This document shows, one piece after another, positions 40,131-53,433 of a stretch of 64,000 nucleotides of DNA (the stretch's first letter is position 1; each line of letters opens with the position of its first letter). Below the pieces are notes generated by a model. That model did no database searches and was not told where the DNA came from. It saw only the letters and a program-made list of their open reading frames with translations. Source of the stretch: Felis catus (Eukaryota); contig NC_058368.1 in NCBI RefSeq assembly GCF_018350175.1, forward strand, positions 229,340,001-229,404,000, read 5' to 3'. A program made the translations under genes and the position numbers.

Positions 40131-40359
40131 GGGGTGCCTGAGTGTCTCAGTCGGTTGAGCATCTGGCTTCAGCTCAGGTCATGATCTCACAGTTCATGGG
40201 TTCGAGCCCCTCATCAGGCTCTGTGCTGACCTCTTGCTCAGAGCCTGGAGCCTGCTTCAGATTCCATGTCTGTCTCTCTCTCTGCCCCTCCCCTGCTCAC
40301 TCTTTGTCTCACTCTGTTTCTCAAAAATAAATAAATGTAAAAAAAATTGTTTTTTAAAT
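40131..40359 (+). mobile_element. Can-SINE, first of a tandem pair
   Basis: Flanked by aaataaa(c/g)cattcct. Confidence 0.96.
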
Positions 40360-40374
40360 AAATAAAGCATTCCT

Positions 40375-40552
40375 GGGGCATGTGGGTGGCTCAGTCGGTT
40401 AAGTGTCCGACTTCCACTCAGGTCATGATCTCACAATTCATGAGTTCAAGCCCGGCGTCGGGCTCTGTGCTGACAGCTCAGAGCCTGGAACCTGCTTCAG
40501 ATTCTGTGTCTCCTTCTATCTCTGCTCCCACCCCCCCCCCCTCCACTCATGC

Positions 40553-40584
<32 letters not shown>

Positions 40585-40634
40585 AAAAATAAACATTAAA
40601 AAAATAATAAAATAAATAAAATAAAATAAAATAA
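40375..40634 (+). mobile_element. Can-SINE, second of a tandem pair
   Basis: Flanked by aaataaagcattcct / aaataaactatccct. Confidence 0.96.
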
Positions 40635-41107
40635 AAATAAACTATCCCTTGTGAGATTCAAAAGCACCCTACTAAATAATTATTGAAGTGGGAGTATTTC
40701 CTGAAGATCAATTTGGCTTTTTCACTTTTTGTGAAAAATTCTATATTAAATACTTTGGCATGAAAAACCCCATCAAGTGATGGCCATTTTCAGGTGCTGG
40801 AGCACTGTTTTATTATCATTAAAATCTACCAAAACAACTCTTCTATGGTTATACCAAATTTTATGCTACAACTAACGTTTCTATTTTCCACAGGATGATA
40901 CGTCAATCATATGAGGTATATTCCTTCCAACAAAAGTGTGACTCAAAAATTAATTTTCAGAATTGCTTTATCATTTTTATATTTTTGATAATTCATCATC
41001 AAAACAACTTTAAAAGTACAGAAATACATGTGTATACACAACATAGCCATATAAATTATACGGTTATAATTAACTGATTAAGAAATACTACTTTACTAGT
41101 GAGATCA

Positions 41108-41935
41108 TATGATATTGTGATTTATAATAAATATATGTTTGATCTTACTCCTGTTTCTGGCAGAGCTCCCAAAACCCTTGGAATTTCCTAAGTGATGAGA
41201 GCAGCCAAGGTGTTTTTGTTATGTTAATGAGGTGGCTTAGAAGCCCATAGGAGAGAGGGACTGGAGGTTGAATCAATCCTCAGTGGGAATCAATCATACC
41301 TATGTAATGAAGTCTCCATAAAAACCCAAAAGGATTGGTTTCTGAGAGCTTCCAGGTTGGTGAACATGTAGAGATCTGGAGGAAGCAGCATGCTTTGAAC
41401 TCTGTGGGTAGGATAGTTCCATTGTGAGCATGGAGACTCCGTGCCCTTTCCTCATACCTTCCCTTAGGCATCCTTCCATCTGGATGTTCATTTGTATCCT
41501 CTATCATATCCTTTTATAACCAACCAGTAATTCACAAAGAAAAATGTTTCAGAGTTCTGTGAGCCTCTCAAGCAAATTAATTGAACCCAAGGAGGTCATG
41601 GAAACCTCTGATTATAGCCAATGGGTCACAAGAACAGATAACAACCTGTACTTGTGATTGGAACGTGAAGTCCAAGGAGGGCGTCTTTGGACACTCCAAT
41701 TTATAGTCAGCCAGTTAGAAGCGTGGGTAAACAGCCTGGGCTTGCCAGTGGCGTCTGTCTGAAGGGCTGGGCAGTCTTGTAGAAATGAGCACTTAACCAG
41801 TGGAATCAGATACTTTCTCAGAGTAGAGAGGGTCAGAATAGAGTTGAATCATAGGACACCCAGCTAGTGTCTAACAATTGCTTTTTGGTGGTGTGGGCAA
41901 GTCCCCCCCCCCATGATGTGTTAGAATTGGGTTCA
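41108..41935 (+). mobile_element. MER21-like solo LTR
   Basis: tgatattgtgatttataataaa...aaaacccttggaatttcc...gagagcttccaggttggtgaaca...gcaaattaattgaaccca...ggacacccagct. Confidence 0.85.
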
Positions 41936-42627
41936 AGAATTTAAAAGAAATTATAACCAGAAACAAGTGACTTTTTTGTATGGCTTAGAAGTGATATCTT
42001 ACAAAAATGCATTCCTAATATTTCAAGTGGGTTTATAAACAAGCCACTTTGACTAATCCCTAGGCTCCCCTAACACAACTCCCCTATCTTCTGGTAAATC
42101 TTAACTAGTTTACATCTAATTACAGCAAGAGGATCTCATATTGTTAATTCCTATTCTCCTTCCTTTTCCAATGCCAATTTGTGATGGCAATTTTCTAGGA
42201 CCCAAAATAGCTGTACTTGACCTTTCTTTTCTGTGAGCCCACACCTAAACAAAGTAAGTACTCAGTAAATGTTCAGATCTTTTCTCGCCTGACAAAGCCC
42301 CATATATATAACTCGATTTTAGCCTGAGGACCAGCTTTCCATTTCTCATTCTAATACACTCCTGAAATGAAATTTTTCTGTCAAAAAAACTTATCCTCTT
42401 CCTCCTGGCTTCTTCTGCCTGAAGACAAAGGTGCTTTCTTGAACTTCAGCCAGTGGCAGGCAGGTGCCTTATGTGTGAGTCCACTTTCAGACATCACCTC
42501 CCTGTTGCTTGGGATTCAGAAAATCTACACTCTGTATTTATTTGTGCTTATGTTCTAACACTATGTCACTACTCTTAGGGAACATTACATTAACTGTTTT
42601 CCTAAACTATGGATATACAGGATATAC

Positions 42628-42630
<3 letters not shown>

Positions 42631-42694
<64 letters not shown>
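42631..42694. repeat. (TA)n + poly-T
   Basis: Read directly. Confidence 0.97.
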
Positions 42695-42900
42695 CCCAGG
42701 CATCCTATCTTAAACTTCTTTTACATAGTGTGTATTCAAGTTCTCTGTTTGTCACACAACACCCATGGGGCTCTATATGATTCTAAGATATGGGTAATGT
42801 AATCTGATCATATATCTCAATATTTAAATTTATTTCTGGAGAAACTACTTGTTTTTAAAGTGCTATTGAGATATAATTCAGCCATGAAAGGTACAATTAA

Positions 42901-43080
42901 TTTTTTTAATGTTTATTTATTTACTTTGGTGGGGGAGGGGCAGAGAGAGAGGTAGAGAGAGAGAATCCCAAGCAGGCTCTGCACTGTCAGCACAGAGCCC
43001 CATGCGGGGCTCGAACTCACAAACTGTGAGATCGTGACCTGAGACAAGATGCTTAACCGTCCGAGCCACCCAGGCACCCC
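42901..43080 (-). mobile_element. Can-SINE within an antisense L1 3' fragment
   Basis: TSD tacaattaattttttt; flanks tattgagatataattca and ttagaacattttcatcacc are L1M 3'UTR. Confidence 0.94.
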
Positions 43081-45805
43081 TACAATTAATTTTTTTAAGT
43101 ATATTCCCAGACGTGTGCAAATATTATCACAGTCAATATTAGAACATTTTCATCACCTCAAGAAGAAACCTTGTATGCTTTAGTTATCAATTGCCCAAAC
43201 CCTCAGATATCCCCCAACCCCTCACAACCACTAATCTACTTTCTGAGGACCATAATTATATGAGACATTACCACTAAGAAAAGCTGGGTGATAGGAAACA
43301 GAAAAGCTCTTTACTATCTTTGCCAGTTTTATATAAATCTGAAATTATTCTAAAGTGAAAACAACGTAAAAAATACCTCCACACATACGGGACAAAGCAA
43401 TACATCATACCGTTAAACCAGTACGATGCTTGTGCAAAACCAGACTGTTCCAAGTACTTAGGTGTATAAACTTACCGTATCCTCACAACAGTCAAATAGA
43501 GTTGAGAGACCCTTACAGGTAAAATTCAGGCCCAGAAAGTCAGTGAATTTCCCAAGGTGCTCAGCCTAAGAACATCCAGACTTTCTACTCTGGCTTCTGG
43601 CTCCACAGTCCACTCTTTGAACCACCGTATTGTTCTACTAGCTCTTCTAAATAATTGACTTGAGCCATTCAATATACGAGGAAGAGAAAATGTTGAAGTA
43701 TGAGATTAAAAATCTTGAGCTTTTTGCCACACGTGAGTTTTAAAGAATTACAATTATTAACTCAGAAGTTATTTTTCTCACTTAAATGTAGCATGCATTA
43801 GAAAGGTCTAACAGTGGATGAAAGTAGGTTACATGGAGCCTACATGCCCATTGACGTGAGCGACAAAACATGGTTGTATTACAAAATGCTGGAATGTGTC
43901 TAAAAGGGCCCAGATCTTTAGTCCACTATCAAATGTGTCACGTTGGGACATTTATTGAATCCCTCTATTTGTCAGTGCTTTCACCTACAGATCATAGCAC
44001 CTACCTCAAATGCTTGCAAGGTTACATAGCAGATAGTAAGTGCTATGAAATCAGTGGAAGGAATGATGGCCAGAGTGTGAGTTGGGGCAGGACAGGGGAG
44101 CTAATCCAAAGAGGGTGGCCCAGAAAAGACTATTATTCACAGAAGATGTGAACAGAGACCTGAATAATTTGAGTAAGTGAGTCATGGGGCCTACTTAAGA
44201 GAGTATTTTAGGCAGAGGGAAGATGTTCCCTTGAGAGGAGTTTGGACAATGGCAAACCTAAACAGATTCCTATAACGTTGCCTGAGACACTCTTCTACCC
44301 ACCGAAATGTCCTCTTCCTTAAGTTTCATAGCACATACAGTCTGGCTATGCCACACAAATTAATATTGAAATATAAAGGACTCTGTACAGACCCTGCATG
44401 AGTATTCATCTTTCACCTGGGACTGGATTGTAAATTGTTTCATGGTAGTTTATCATATAGTATGCGTGTGTGTGCTTGTGTATGTGTCTGCATGAACGTG
44501 TGTTTATTTAATTATCTAAAGCATCGAGAAAAGTATAAAGATTACGCTATGTGATTAATAAATTCTAGCAGACACATTGTTTTACAGCAGAAACTATGGT
44601 TTGATTATAGTTCTTTTGTCATGGTTCTTGAATACTTAATATATACTCACTGGAACCAAAATTGTCTTAAATTTGCAATATAGCTTACAGGTTTGAGCAG
44701 AATTGTGCACACATTGTCATGTACTGTGATCTATTTTACAGTTATGAGAGATGGTCAAGGTCATTTTAATCTCGTTTCATAAACAGGTCAGCCTTCTCTT
44801 TGAGAAACCAAATGGCTTTCCTTATACAGTTAATGAGTAGCAGAGACCAGAATTGAACCAAGGTCATCAGGCCCTTGTTTATTTCCTCTAACTTTGTTAT
44901 AACCCAAAATGACTCTAAAATATTGCAAAATAAGATTAAGGCTATAAACATTAAAAGAAATATTATTATGGTTCCTAAAAAAGTAAGAACCACAATTCTT
45001 TTAATTGAATTGGAGTCATGCCCCTGACAAATAAATGCTCTGGAGCCTGGCAGTAAAGAAGACTACTTTTAAAAGATTGTATTTCTAAAATATTAGCACA
45101 ACATAAAATGATAGCTTTCAGGGGAACCAAATTTCTAACAGCAGAAATTGCATGAACTGCTCTTTGGAGAAATGAAAGATTCACTCTGATACCTTGTCCA
45201 CAAGTGAGTAGAATTCCAATGTGACCATTCTCAAAATGTAATATTAAATATTAAAATTATTGAATTATTTTCAGGGAGAAAAATCAAGAAAGATGCAAGG
45301 CTGAGGTCTGGATGAGAATTTAAGAAGAATTCTTGGCTTTTGTATAAAACTGGAAGATGAATCGCAGTCAGATCCATATATTATATTAATGTACAGATAG
45401 AGTAAATCCTCATTTTAATTACTCATAGATGCATTTTCCCCCTTCCCATTATCTGTAGCAAAATTTGAATCCAAGTTTGGATTCTTTCAGCCTCTTAGAA
45501 CTTTAGTTAGAAAATTTCAAGTGAATAGACAGGAAATGTAAAATATGTTAAACATTGCCAAAAATTATGTGTTAGGCAAATCTGCTGCCAAAAGCCATGT
45601 AATGATTTCCAAAGACAAATGACAGTTTGTGTCCTCTCCAGGCACTTACTCACCTTCCCCATCTGATTATTGGAATATTTACAACATAAAGCCTATGTGT
45701 GGTGCTCAGGTTCTATTGCCTATCAGAGTTTCAAGCTGGTGAACACACAACCTCAGTTTTGTAGAAACATGTGGCCAGAAGCCATTCAAAATGCCAGAAT
45801 TGTCA

Positions 45806-45970
45806 GGGCACCTGGGTGGCTCAGTGGGTTAAGCCTTCGACTTCAACTCAGGTCATGATCTCACAGCTTGTGAGTTCAAGTCCGCGTCAGGCTCCATGCT
45901 GACAGCTCAGAGCATGGACCCTGCTTCGGATTCTGTGTCTCCCTCTCTCCCTGCCCTGCCCCCGCTCACA

Positions 45971-46001
<31 letters not shown>

Positions 46002-46021
46002 ACAAATAAATAATAAACAAT
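45806..46021 (+). mobile_element. Can-SINE (felid type)
   Basis: 21-bp TSD ttcaaaatgccag(a/c)attgtca. Confidence 0.96.
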
Positions 46022-49000
46022 TTCAAAATGCCAGCATTGTCAAGCAGGCATTTAATATCCAACAGATGACACATAATCAAGTCCACACATGCTACATTTC
46101 TGTTAAGAACAGCTCATAAATAGAACCCGAGGCAGAACTGCATTGCTGAATTCTTTACTAATTAAGCTAAATATGATACAACATATAGAAAAGTATTAAG
46201 CATATTGAAAATTACCAGTTTTAACATTTAGATAGGAGCTGTATGGCATTATCTTATAGACATTTATAGTTAGGAAAAATACAGAAAATAACTAAGCCCA
46301 TGCTAAATGAGATGATTTTCAAGGTAGGAAGTGGAAACATAATTTGTAATTTTAAAGCAAATAACAGCTCATTTTGGTGAAAGTGCCAACACTATAGAAG
46401 ACTAGTTCACTGCATGCAACTTATAAAACCAAAATGGAAGACATTGAGAGTAGTGCTATTTTTCAAATACTATGCATATGCAAGTCTCATTTCACATGCT
46501 TAAAAATGGTAATATTTTTATCTGGTTTTATTTGAGGGAAGACTTCAAACAAACATTCTTGTATGTTTATATTTTTTAAACCTAACATAAAAACATGAGA
46601 TCTGGGGACTTCATTTTTATGAATATAAGTAGATATTTTGAGCCATTTTCATCTGGATGTTATTTTTTTGTACAATTTGTGAGCAAGATTGTTGAGCAGT
46701 ATGCTTCCTCTAGCTTCAAAATGACAGAACTTCTGCTGATTCTATTTATCAAAGCATAAAAATGTATGCTAAGTTATTAAGTAATTTTTCTTTTTAGATG
46801 AAGAAAATTGTATCGCATTATTCTAGATGAAAAATAAATTTTGCATTGGTGGTCTAAGAGCTAATGACAGATATTAATGGGTTTTCTAGGGCCTGTTTTC
46901 CACGGAGCATTATTTTTCAGCAAAACTGGGATATTCAGGGTCAGGAAAAGACAGGAGAGAATTTCTCTGAGTGTGTTCAAAGATGTTCCTGTCAGCCTTT
47001 TCTTTAACAATTTCCCTCAACCCCAGAATAACCTTTCTATGGACTCTGTCACTATGCCAACATATTGTGTCAAAAATACTTAGCATTTTGCAAAAGGATG
47101 AAAAAGTTACTCTCAAAGACCATGTCCATTCATGCAACCAGACTGACCCCCTTCCCACCTATATAAAAGATGTAACAAGAAGGAACGTATTACAACATCA
47201 AACCAATACACTTGCTGAAGATCAAATACTGTTTTGTTGCAAGCTTCTAGTAAACACTTAATCAATTATAGTTGCTTTTAATATCTTGACCAACTTTACC
47301 AGTACAAATTGGAATTCAAATTGGTAATTGGCAGGACTAAATGGGATGCTTTTTATCGCCATATTTTAATGTGTACATATCTTTTTTTTGTTTGTTTCAG
47401 GGGTAGAGTGAGTCTATAGCGGCAATATAGATGATTGAATGAAAAATAAGAAGCTGTAGGTGTTTTAGACTCTGGGTTTTGAGTTCTCTCTTGTCCAGCA
47501 AGAGAGCAGATGCAGGATTAAAATTTGAGAGAGACTAATGTCCTGGAGGAGACAAGAGCCCTGAGTAAGGGTCCTTGCTCTGTTTTTAAGATCAGAAGGC
47601 TTACAAGTGTGATGGAAATGCTCAAAAGACAACGAAACCATGCACTTTAACTCATGGGCATGAGATAAAGGGGGTTTTGAAGATACGCTGTGGTAGGGGT
47701 TTGGGTCAATACAAAAAAAAATCCTGGCTCTGGGTGGAAGGTTGTTTACAGCAGACATGAGTCCTCACTTCTCTTTACCTAAACTTGCTTAGGGGACAAG
47801 AAAGACAGCGCATGCCACCTCAGGGTCAACAAGGCACCTTTCTTTTGCTAATTAGCTCCTCGATGGGCAACTTTGCCCTGCTGTGGTCTATAGCCCTGTT
47901 TACCTATTTTGGTCTTCCAGCAGCTCTCTGCTACAATACTAAATTGGGGGGGGGGGGCTTCTGCTCCAATACCTCATCTTGTTTACCCAAACTTGGGTGT
48001 GTTCATTGCTATTTCTTTATGCCTTGTTAACCCATCAGTGCAAGCTCAGGGAATTCCTAAACGTATTCCCCACATGTAGGCACCTCTAGTATGCACATAC
48101 ACCACGAAGGCTGCTCGCTGTTATCCATTATGTTAGACATTCCTCTTTTTTTGATGCAGTTAGACCAAAGCTTTCATTTGACTAAAAAAAATTTTTTTGA
48201 CTTTATAAATTTTTATTCTTTTTACAAAGCCTTGTCCTCTACAAAGTGCTCCTTAGCCATCCCCACCTTGGTTTCCCTCTTCTACAATCACTGATATCAG
48301 TGATCATTTTCTACACACAGTGCTAATAGACGCCTTGCATCACACATTTCCATTCGAGTACAAATATTTCTCATTCTACAGATTAAGAGTATTAGGTGAT
48401 GCCTTCCATAATTTATTTCCTTCATGATGAATACAATGGATGCTATAAACATTTCTCAATTCACAGACACACAATGTAAGTCCCTGTAAAAACCAAATGA
48501 AACAACAAAAAAACTCTTGTATATAAAACTTGACCCTCCTGAGACTATGTCATATAAACTTAGCCTTCTATATCTTACTGCTATTTCAATTATTATAAAG
48601 TAGCTCATTTATAATAGATAATGGCCATATTTACTCAGTATGACTGAGATCCAATATAGAAAAATATTTTCACTTAAAAGGAAACTTTAAAATCTTATTG
48701 CTACCTTTAATTTTTAATTAGGAAAGAAATCCCTTTGGGGCAATAGAAAGCACTATACTGATGATGTATTTCATCATTGTTCCTGGCACAGAGGGCAAGA
48801 GCTGGATTCATTTTCAAAATAGTAAGAAGAACAAAATACATTCAAGCTTCAAGCACCAATAGTAATTCAGAGGAAAACCAGTTAGAACGTAACGGGAAGA
48901 TAAAAGCTTCTGGAAAACAATAAACCAAGGGTGGAAATAATCATAAGTAACTCCTAGCAAACACTGGCTAAATGTGTATTTTCTTGTGAGAGGTCAGAAA

Positions 49001-49606
49001 GTCCATTGTCTGGCAGTTATGAAAGGGTAAGAATGAAGTAATCGGTTCCCCAACCCGTGCCTATTGAAGTCTTAGGGAAAAGGATCTATTTTACAAATCA
49101 AACTGACCTAACAATTTCGACTGTATAGGTTTTCCATTACAAAAGTGAAAACAATTGGGTCACCATATTGAGAACTCACAGAAATGTTGTCAAACCACAA
49201 ATTCTCTTACTTAAATTAATTAATTAATCCAATGTGTATACTATCACTAAAGCTTAAATACGTAGTTACCATGTACATGAATTTAAGTAGTATAAAGGAA
49301 AATTTTATTATTTGGCAAGAAATGTAAGAACAGGAAATGAAAATACTGCATAACCTGATCTTTTGATACATAGAAAGATTGAATTTCAAGGAAATTTAGA
49401 GAATTTATGAGCCTGTCTCCAATATACGTTGGGAATTCTAACTTAATTAGTGGTTACTTAGTTTTTGCCTATTTCCAAAAATAGGAAATATTTATTATTC
49501 CTATAAATATTCCTATAGGTAATACAAGAGTATGAGTCATGATTGAATAGCTAGTTTACATAAACATATTAAACCTATACACTGGTAATTTTTAATGTAG
49601 TCTAAC

Positions 49607-49824
49607 TTTAAAAAGTGTTTATGTATTATTTTCAGAGAGAGGGAAAGATTGTATGTGCCCAAGTGGGGGAGGGACAGGGAGAGAGGGAGAGAGATAATCC
49701 CAAGCGGGTTCCCCACTGTCAGAGCAGAGACCAAGACCCGGCTCTATGTCATGAACCCTGAGATCATGACCTGAGCCAAAATCAAGAGGTACATGCTTAA
49801 CTGACTGAGTGGCGCAGGTTCTCC
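49607..49824 (-). mobile_element. Can-SINE (older, diverged)
   Basis: gagatcatgacctgagccaaaatcaagag...cttaactgactgag. Confidence 0.9.
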
Positions 49825-50158
49825 TAATATATTCTGTCTTAATTTAGTAGTTAGATGAAGCATTTTCAGATATTTTTGGTGAAATACTGTTTCTTTTCTT
49901 CAATCTTTTCTTATCTATCCAGCAACAAACTTTTGTAAAGTAAAACAAATTGTCACATAATACCGAATTACCATACACTTGCTAAAATCTTACTCCTAAT
50001 CTCCTAAAGTCTTACTCCCAATACCTATCTGGTTTTGGCCATTAATAAACATCTTGAGGGCCAGAAATAATTCATGGTCTATACTTTGAATAGCATAAGG
50101 TAGATACCTTACAAGAAAACTGTGTTTTAATTTATTATTAAATTTCACATTTTTGTAC

Positions 50159-50423
50159 CTGTTGATACGTTCTGGGTTGATGTGTTCATTTTCTCTGCTT
50201 CTTTGCTTTGCTGGGGTTTTATTCGTTTGTTTGTTTTTTAGTAAAGCAATGACTTTGTGTTCAGCTGTTTGAAAGAACCCAACCGTTTGTCCTTCCTGGA
50301 GTGGACAGTCTTCCACAGGATGGTGTAGAAGCAAAAATGGTATGGAGAGATCACACACGATTCATAGGTCTCAGGTCTGAGGTCTTTTGTTGGTGATTTT
50401 ATGAATTTCTTTGATATGAAGCA
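50159..50423 (-). other. Candidate 265-nt exon (unidentified)
   Basis: ctaacaatttccttccag| acceptor with branch-like ctaac; cag|gtacaa donor; ATG at 50189 gives MNTSTQNVST(G). Confidence 0.2.
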
Positions 50424-51557
50424 CTGGAAGGAAATTGTTAGGACACATGGAGACATGTAGTGGTTTATGGATCATTTTGTAGTCTTAGTCAATTTGGCAG
50501 TCTATCCCTGAATGATCATGGGGACAGGGTTCCTAGATGAGCATCCAAAGTTGACCACTACCTTGATAGTAAGTGCCTGGTGCAGAATGAGTGTTTACCA
50601 AATACCCAAAGCATGAATTAAGGGATGATAAAGCCTCCACATACAATGGGTCCTTTTTCATTAAAGATGTTAAATGAAACTTGTCAACTTAAATCATCAC
50701 TTGTTTCAAAACATAAAACACCTAAGCTATCCCATTTTTAAAAATTACTGTTCAGAGAGAAATCCTCTTTGGATGAAACCACACAGTTGTGGCTGGCATA
50801 TTGTAAAGGTATACATATCCTTTAAATTTGTGTATTTTTTCATGTGCACCAAGAGGATACCAAGGACAGTATATTGCCACATTAACACTTCTATACCCTC
50901 TTTTCCAGTTTTTTATTTATTTTCTAATAAATGTTTCTTCATAAACGAACAGAATGGCAAACTTACGGTTTAATCTTGTGTAATAGAGGTGAAGGAAGTG
51001 ACCATGCATTATATCCTACTTTAATGCGAATGTCTCTAAAGTTATTAAGTACTGATGGAGTATAACTTTCAAAATTAAAAAAATAACTCTCATAAAAACA
51101 TAAATGAATATATGTCAAAAAATTTTTCAGTTCATTGGAGAGACCCTATCAAATGGCAAATAGATCAAGGAAGGCTAAAATGAATTTGCAAATGGAGACA
51201 AAATGGGTTAAGGTCGTACATGCAAAATATGAAACCTTTGGGCTTATCTTTTTTATAGATAGTAACCTGCAACTGACCATGTAATTTCACATGGGCTCTA
51301 ATTAACAAAAATAGCAAAGTTCAATACAGATCTATTCTTCTTGATATTAAAATAATCCTAGGATGAGCCAACGAAACGGAAGGGACTTGTAGCCATTCTC
51401 TTGCTTTTTTTCAAAGATTTGGTTAATTTTTATGATATGTCCATAAGGTACATTGTTTGCAGTCAGATTTTGAGAAATACCATTTACCCTTTTAATGAAA
51501 TTTCATTCTGTTCCTAGTTAACTATGATTTTTTTTTAATTCATGAAATGCCCTCTTG

Positions 51558-51785
51558 TTTTTTTTTTTAATTTTTTTTTTCAACGTTTATTTATTTTTGG
51601 GACAGAGACAGACAGAGCATGAACGGGGGAGGGGCAGAGAGAGAGAGGGAGACACAGAATGGGAAACAGGCTCCAGGCTCTGAGCCATCAGCCCAGAGCC
51701 CGACGCGGGGCTCGAACTCACGGACCGCGAGATCCTGACCTGGCTGACGTCAGACGCTTAACCGACTGCGCCACCCAGGCGCCCC
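51558..51785 (-). mobile_element. Young SINEC_Fc-type Can-SINE
   Basis: TSD gccctcttgtttttttt. Confidence 0.98.
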
Positions 51786-53160
51786 GCCCTCTTGTTTTTT
51801 TAATGGATCTACAGAAATGATCATTTGTTTTTGCTCCTTTAGTCTGACAATGTCGTGTTTATCTAACACTAAAGCATACATGTAAAGCTAATATAAACCA
51901 AAATAATCATGAAATTTTGTTTTAAAAAAATCCTCTTTGGTTTGCTTATATCTTATTTAGAATTTTTATCTGTGTAAACAAAAATGATGTTACCCTATAA
52001 TTTTTATTTGAATTGAATTTTAATGATATAGTTTTAATATTGACATTATACTAGTTTTAATAAATGACTTAGGGGGAATTACTGCTTTTTCTAATTTCTA
52101 GAAGAGATTTTTTGATGATATGTCTTCCATGTGTTTTTTGAGGTTTCGGTTAAACATGCCTGTAAATTTTCTAGATCTTGTGCCTTGAAAGTGATGAGAC
52201 TTGAGTAGCCTTCAAATTTGTGTGTTGCTTAGTGGTGTAATCATGTTCAGTCTTTAATCTGGGTAAAGAGTAATTTTTAATTATAATATTCTAGAAAATT
52301 TCCCATTTCTCCAAATCAATTTTTCACATATAGCGATTCTTGGTGTATCTTAACTGCCAATATGTATGTGTGCAAGGGTGTCTGTGTTTGTATCAGTCTT
52401 GATATCACTTTTTGTGATATTTTTCTCTCCTTTTTTTTAGCTTTATTGCATTTTCCTAAATGTTGATATTTTGTATTATTCTTTCAAATGTTTGGAGTTC
52501 TGTGATATCTCAATTATTTTATATTAATTCCATTTCTTTTTAAAAATATCAGTTTTTTTTAATTCCTGTATTTCCATTTTTTCACAGATGTCAATTCTTG
52601 CTGATATTCTCCACCCATAATCTATTTACTTTTGCTTATAATATTTGCTTCGCAACTATGTTGAAAGTCTGTATATGATAACTCCAGTGTCCAAATATAT
52701 ATTTATATAACTCCTGAAAGATTCTTTCTGCAGCCTTTATTTATTCTTGGGTAATTTATTTCTGTCAATTTATTTCTGTCTCCTAATATGCCTGATAATT
52801 TTTTACTATATGTTAGACTTTTTGTATAAAATGAAAGTGTAGGATAGTTCCACTTCCAGGAAGATTAAAAAGATGTATATTTTTCTATTCATCCAAATAC
52901 AAACAAAACCTTGGACATTATATATAAAAAAAAAAATACAGGAAAATCCTCAAAGGTGTGAGAAGAAAGCAGATTAGCCAGGGACCTCAGCACCCAGGAA
53001 GTGGCAGACTAGTTAGTTCCCTGGATTTACTTTTTGCTTTATAAATCCCAGAGTTGGAGCAGAGAGATGCCAATGGACATGCACAAAGAGGCCCAACAAA
53101 AGAGGCTTGGTTCTAAACAAAGAACCAGGAAAGAAGCCAACTAGCAAGATAGAGAACTTT

Positions 53161-53257
53161 ATTTATTGTTTTTAATGTTTTTCTTTATTTATTTTGAGAG
53201 AGAGTGTATGTGTGTGCACATGCACATGAAAGTGGGGAAGGGGAAGGGAGGGAGGGA

Positions 53258-53312
<55 letters not shown>

Positions 53313-53433
53313 CCAAGCAAGCTCCACGCTCAGTGCTGAGCCCAATGCGGGGCCCAATCTCACCCTCTTGAGATCACGACCTGAGCAGATATCTAGAGTT
53401 GGACACTTTACCTACTGAGCCACCCAGGCACCT
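53161..53433 (-). mobile_element. Can-SINE with long (GA)n
   Basis: TSD gagaacttt. Confidence 0.94.

Noticed and set aside
44651..44730. 80-nt minus-strand AG..GTGAGT segment
   Set aside because: Weak acceptor; joining it to the 50.2-kb or 30.5-kb candidates produces stops.
44752..44868. Paired (T/C)CAAGGTCA nuclear-receptor half sites
   Set aside because: The region looks MIR-derived and MIR carries this word natively; no independent support.
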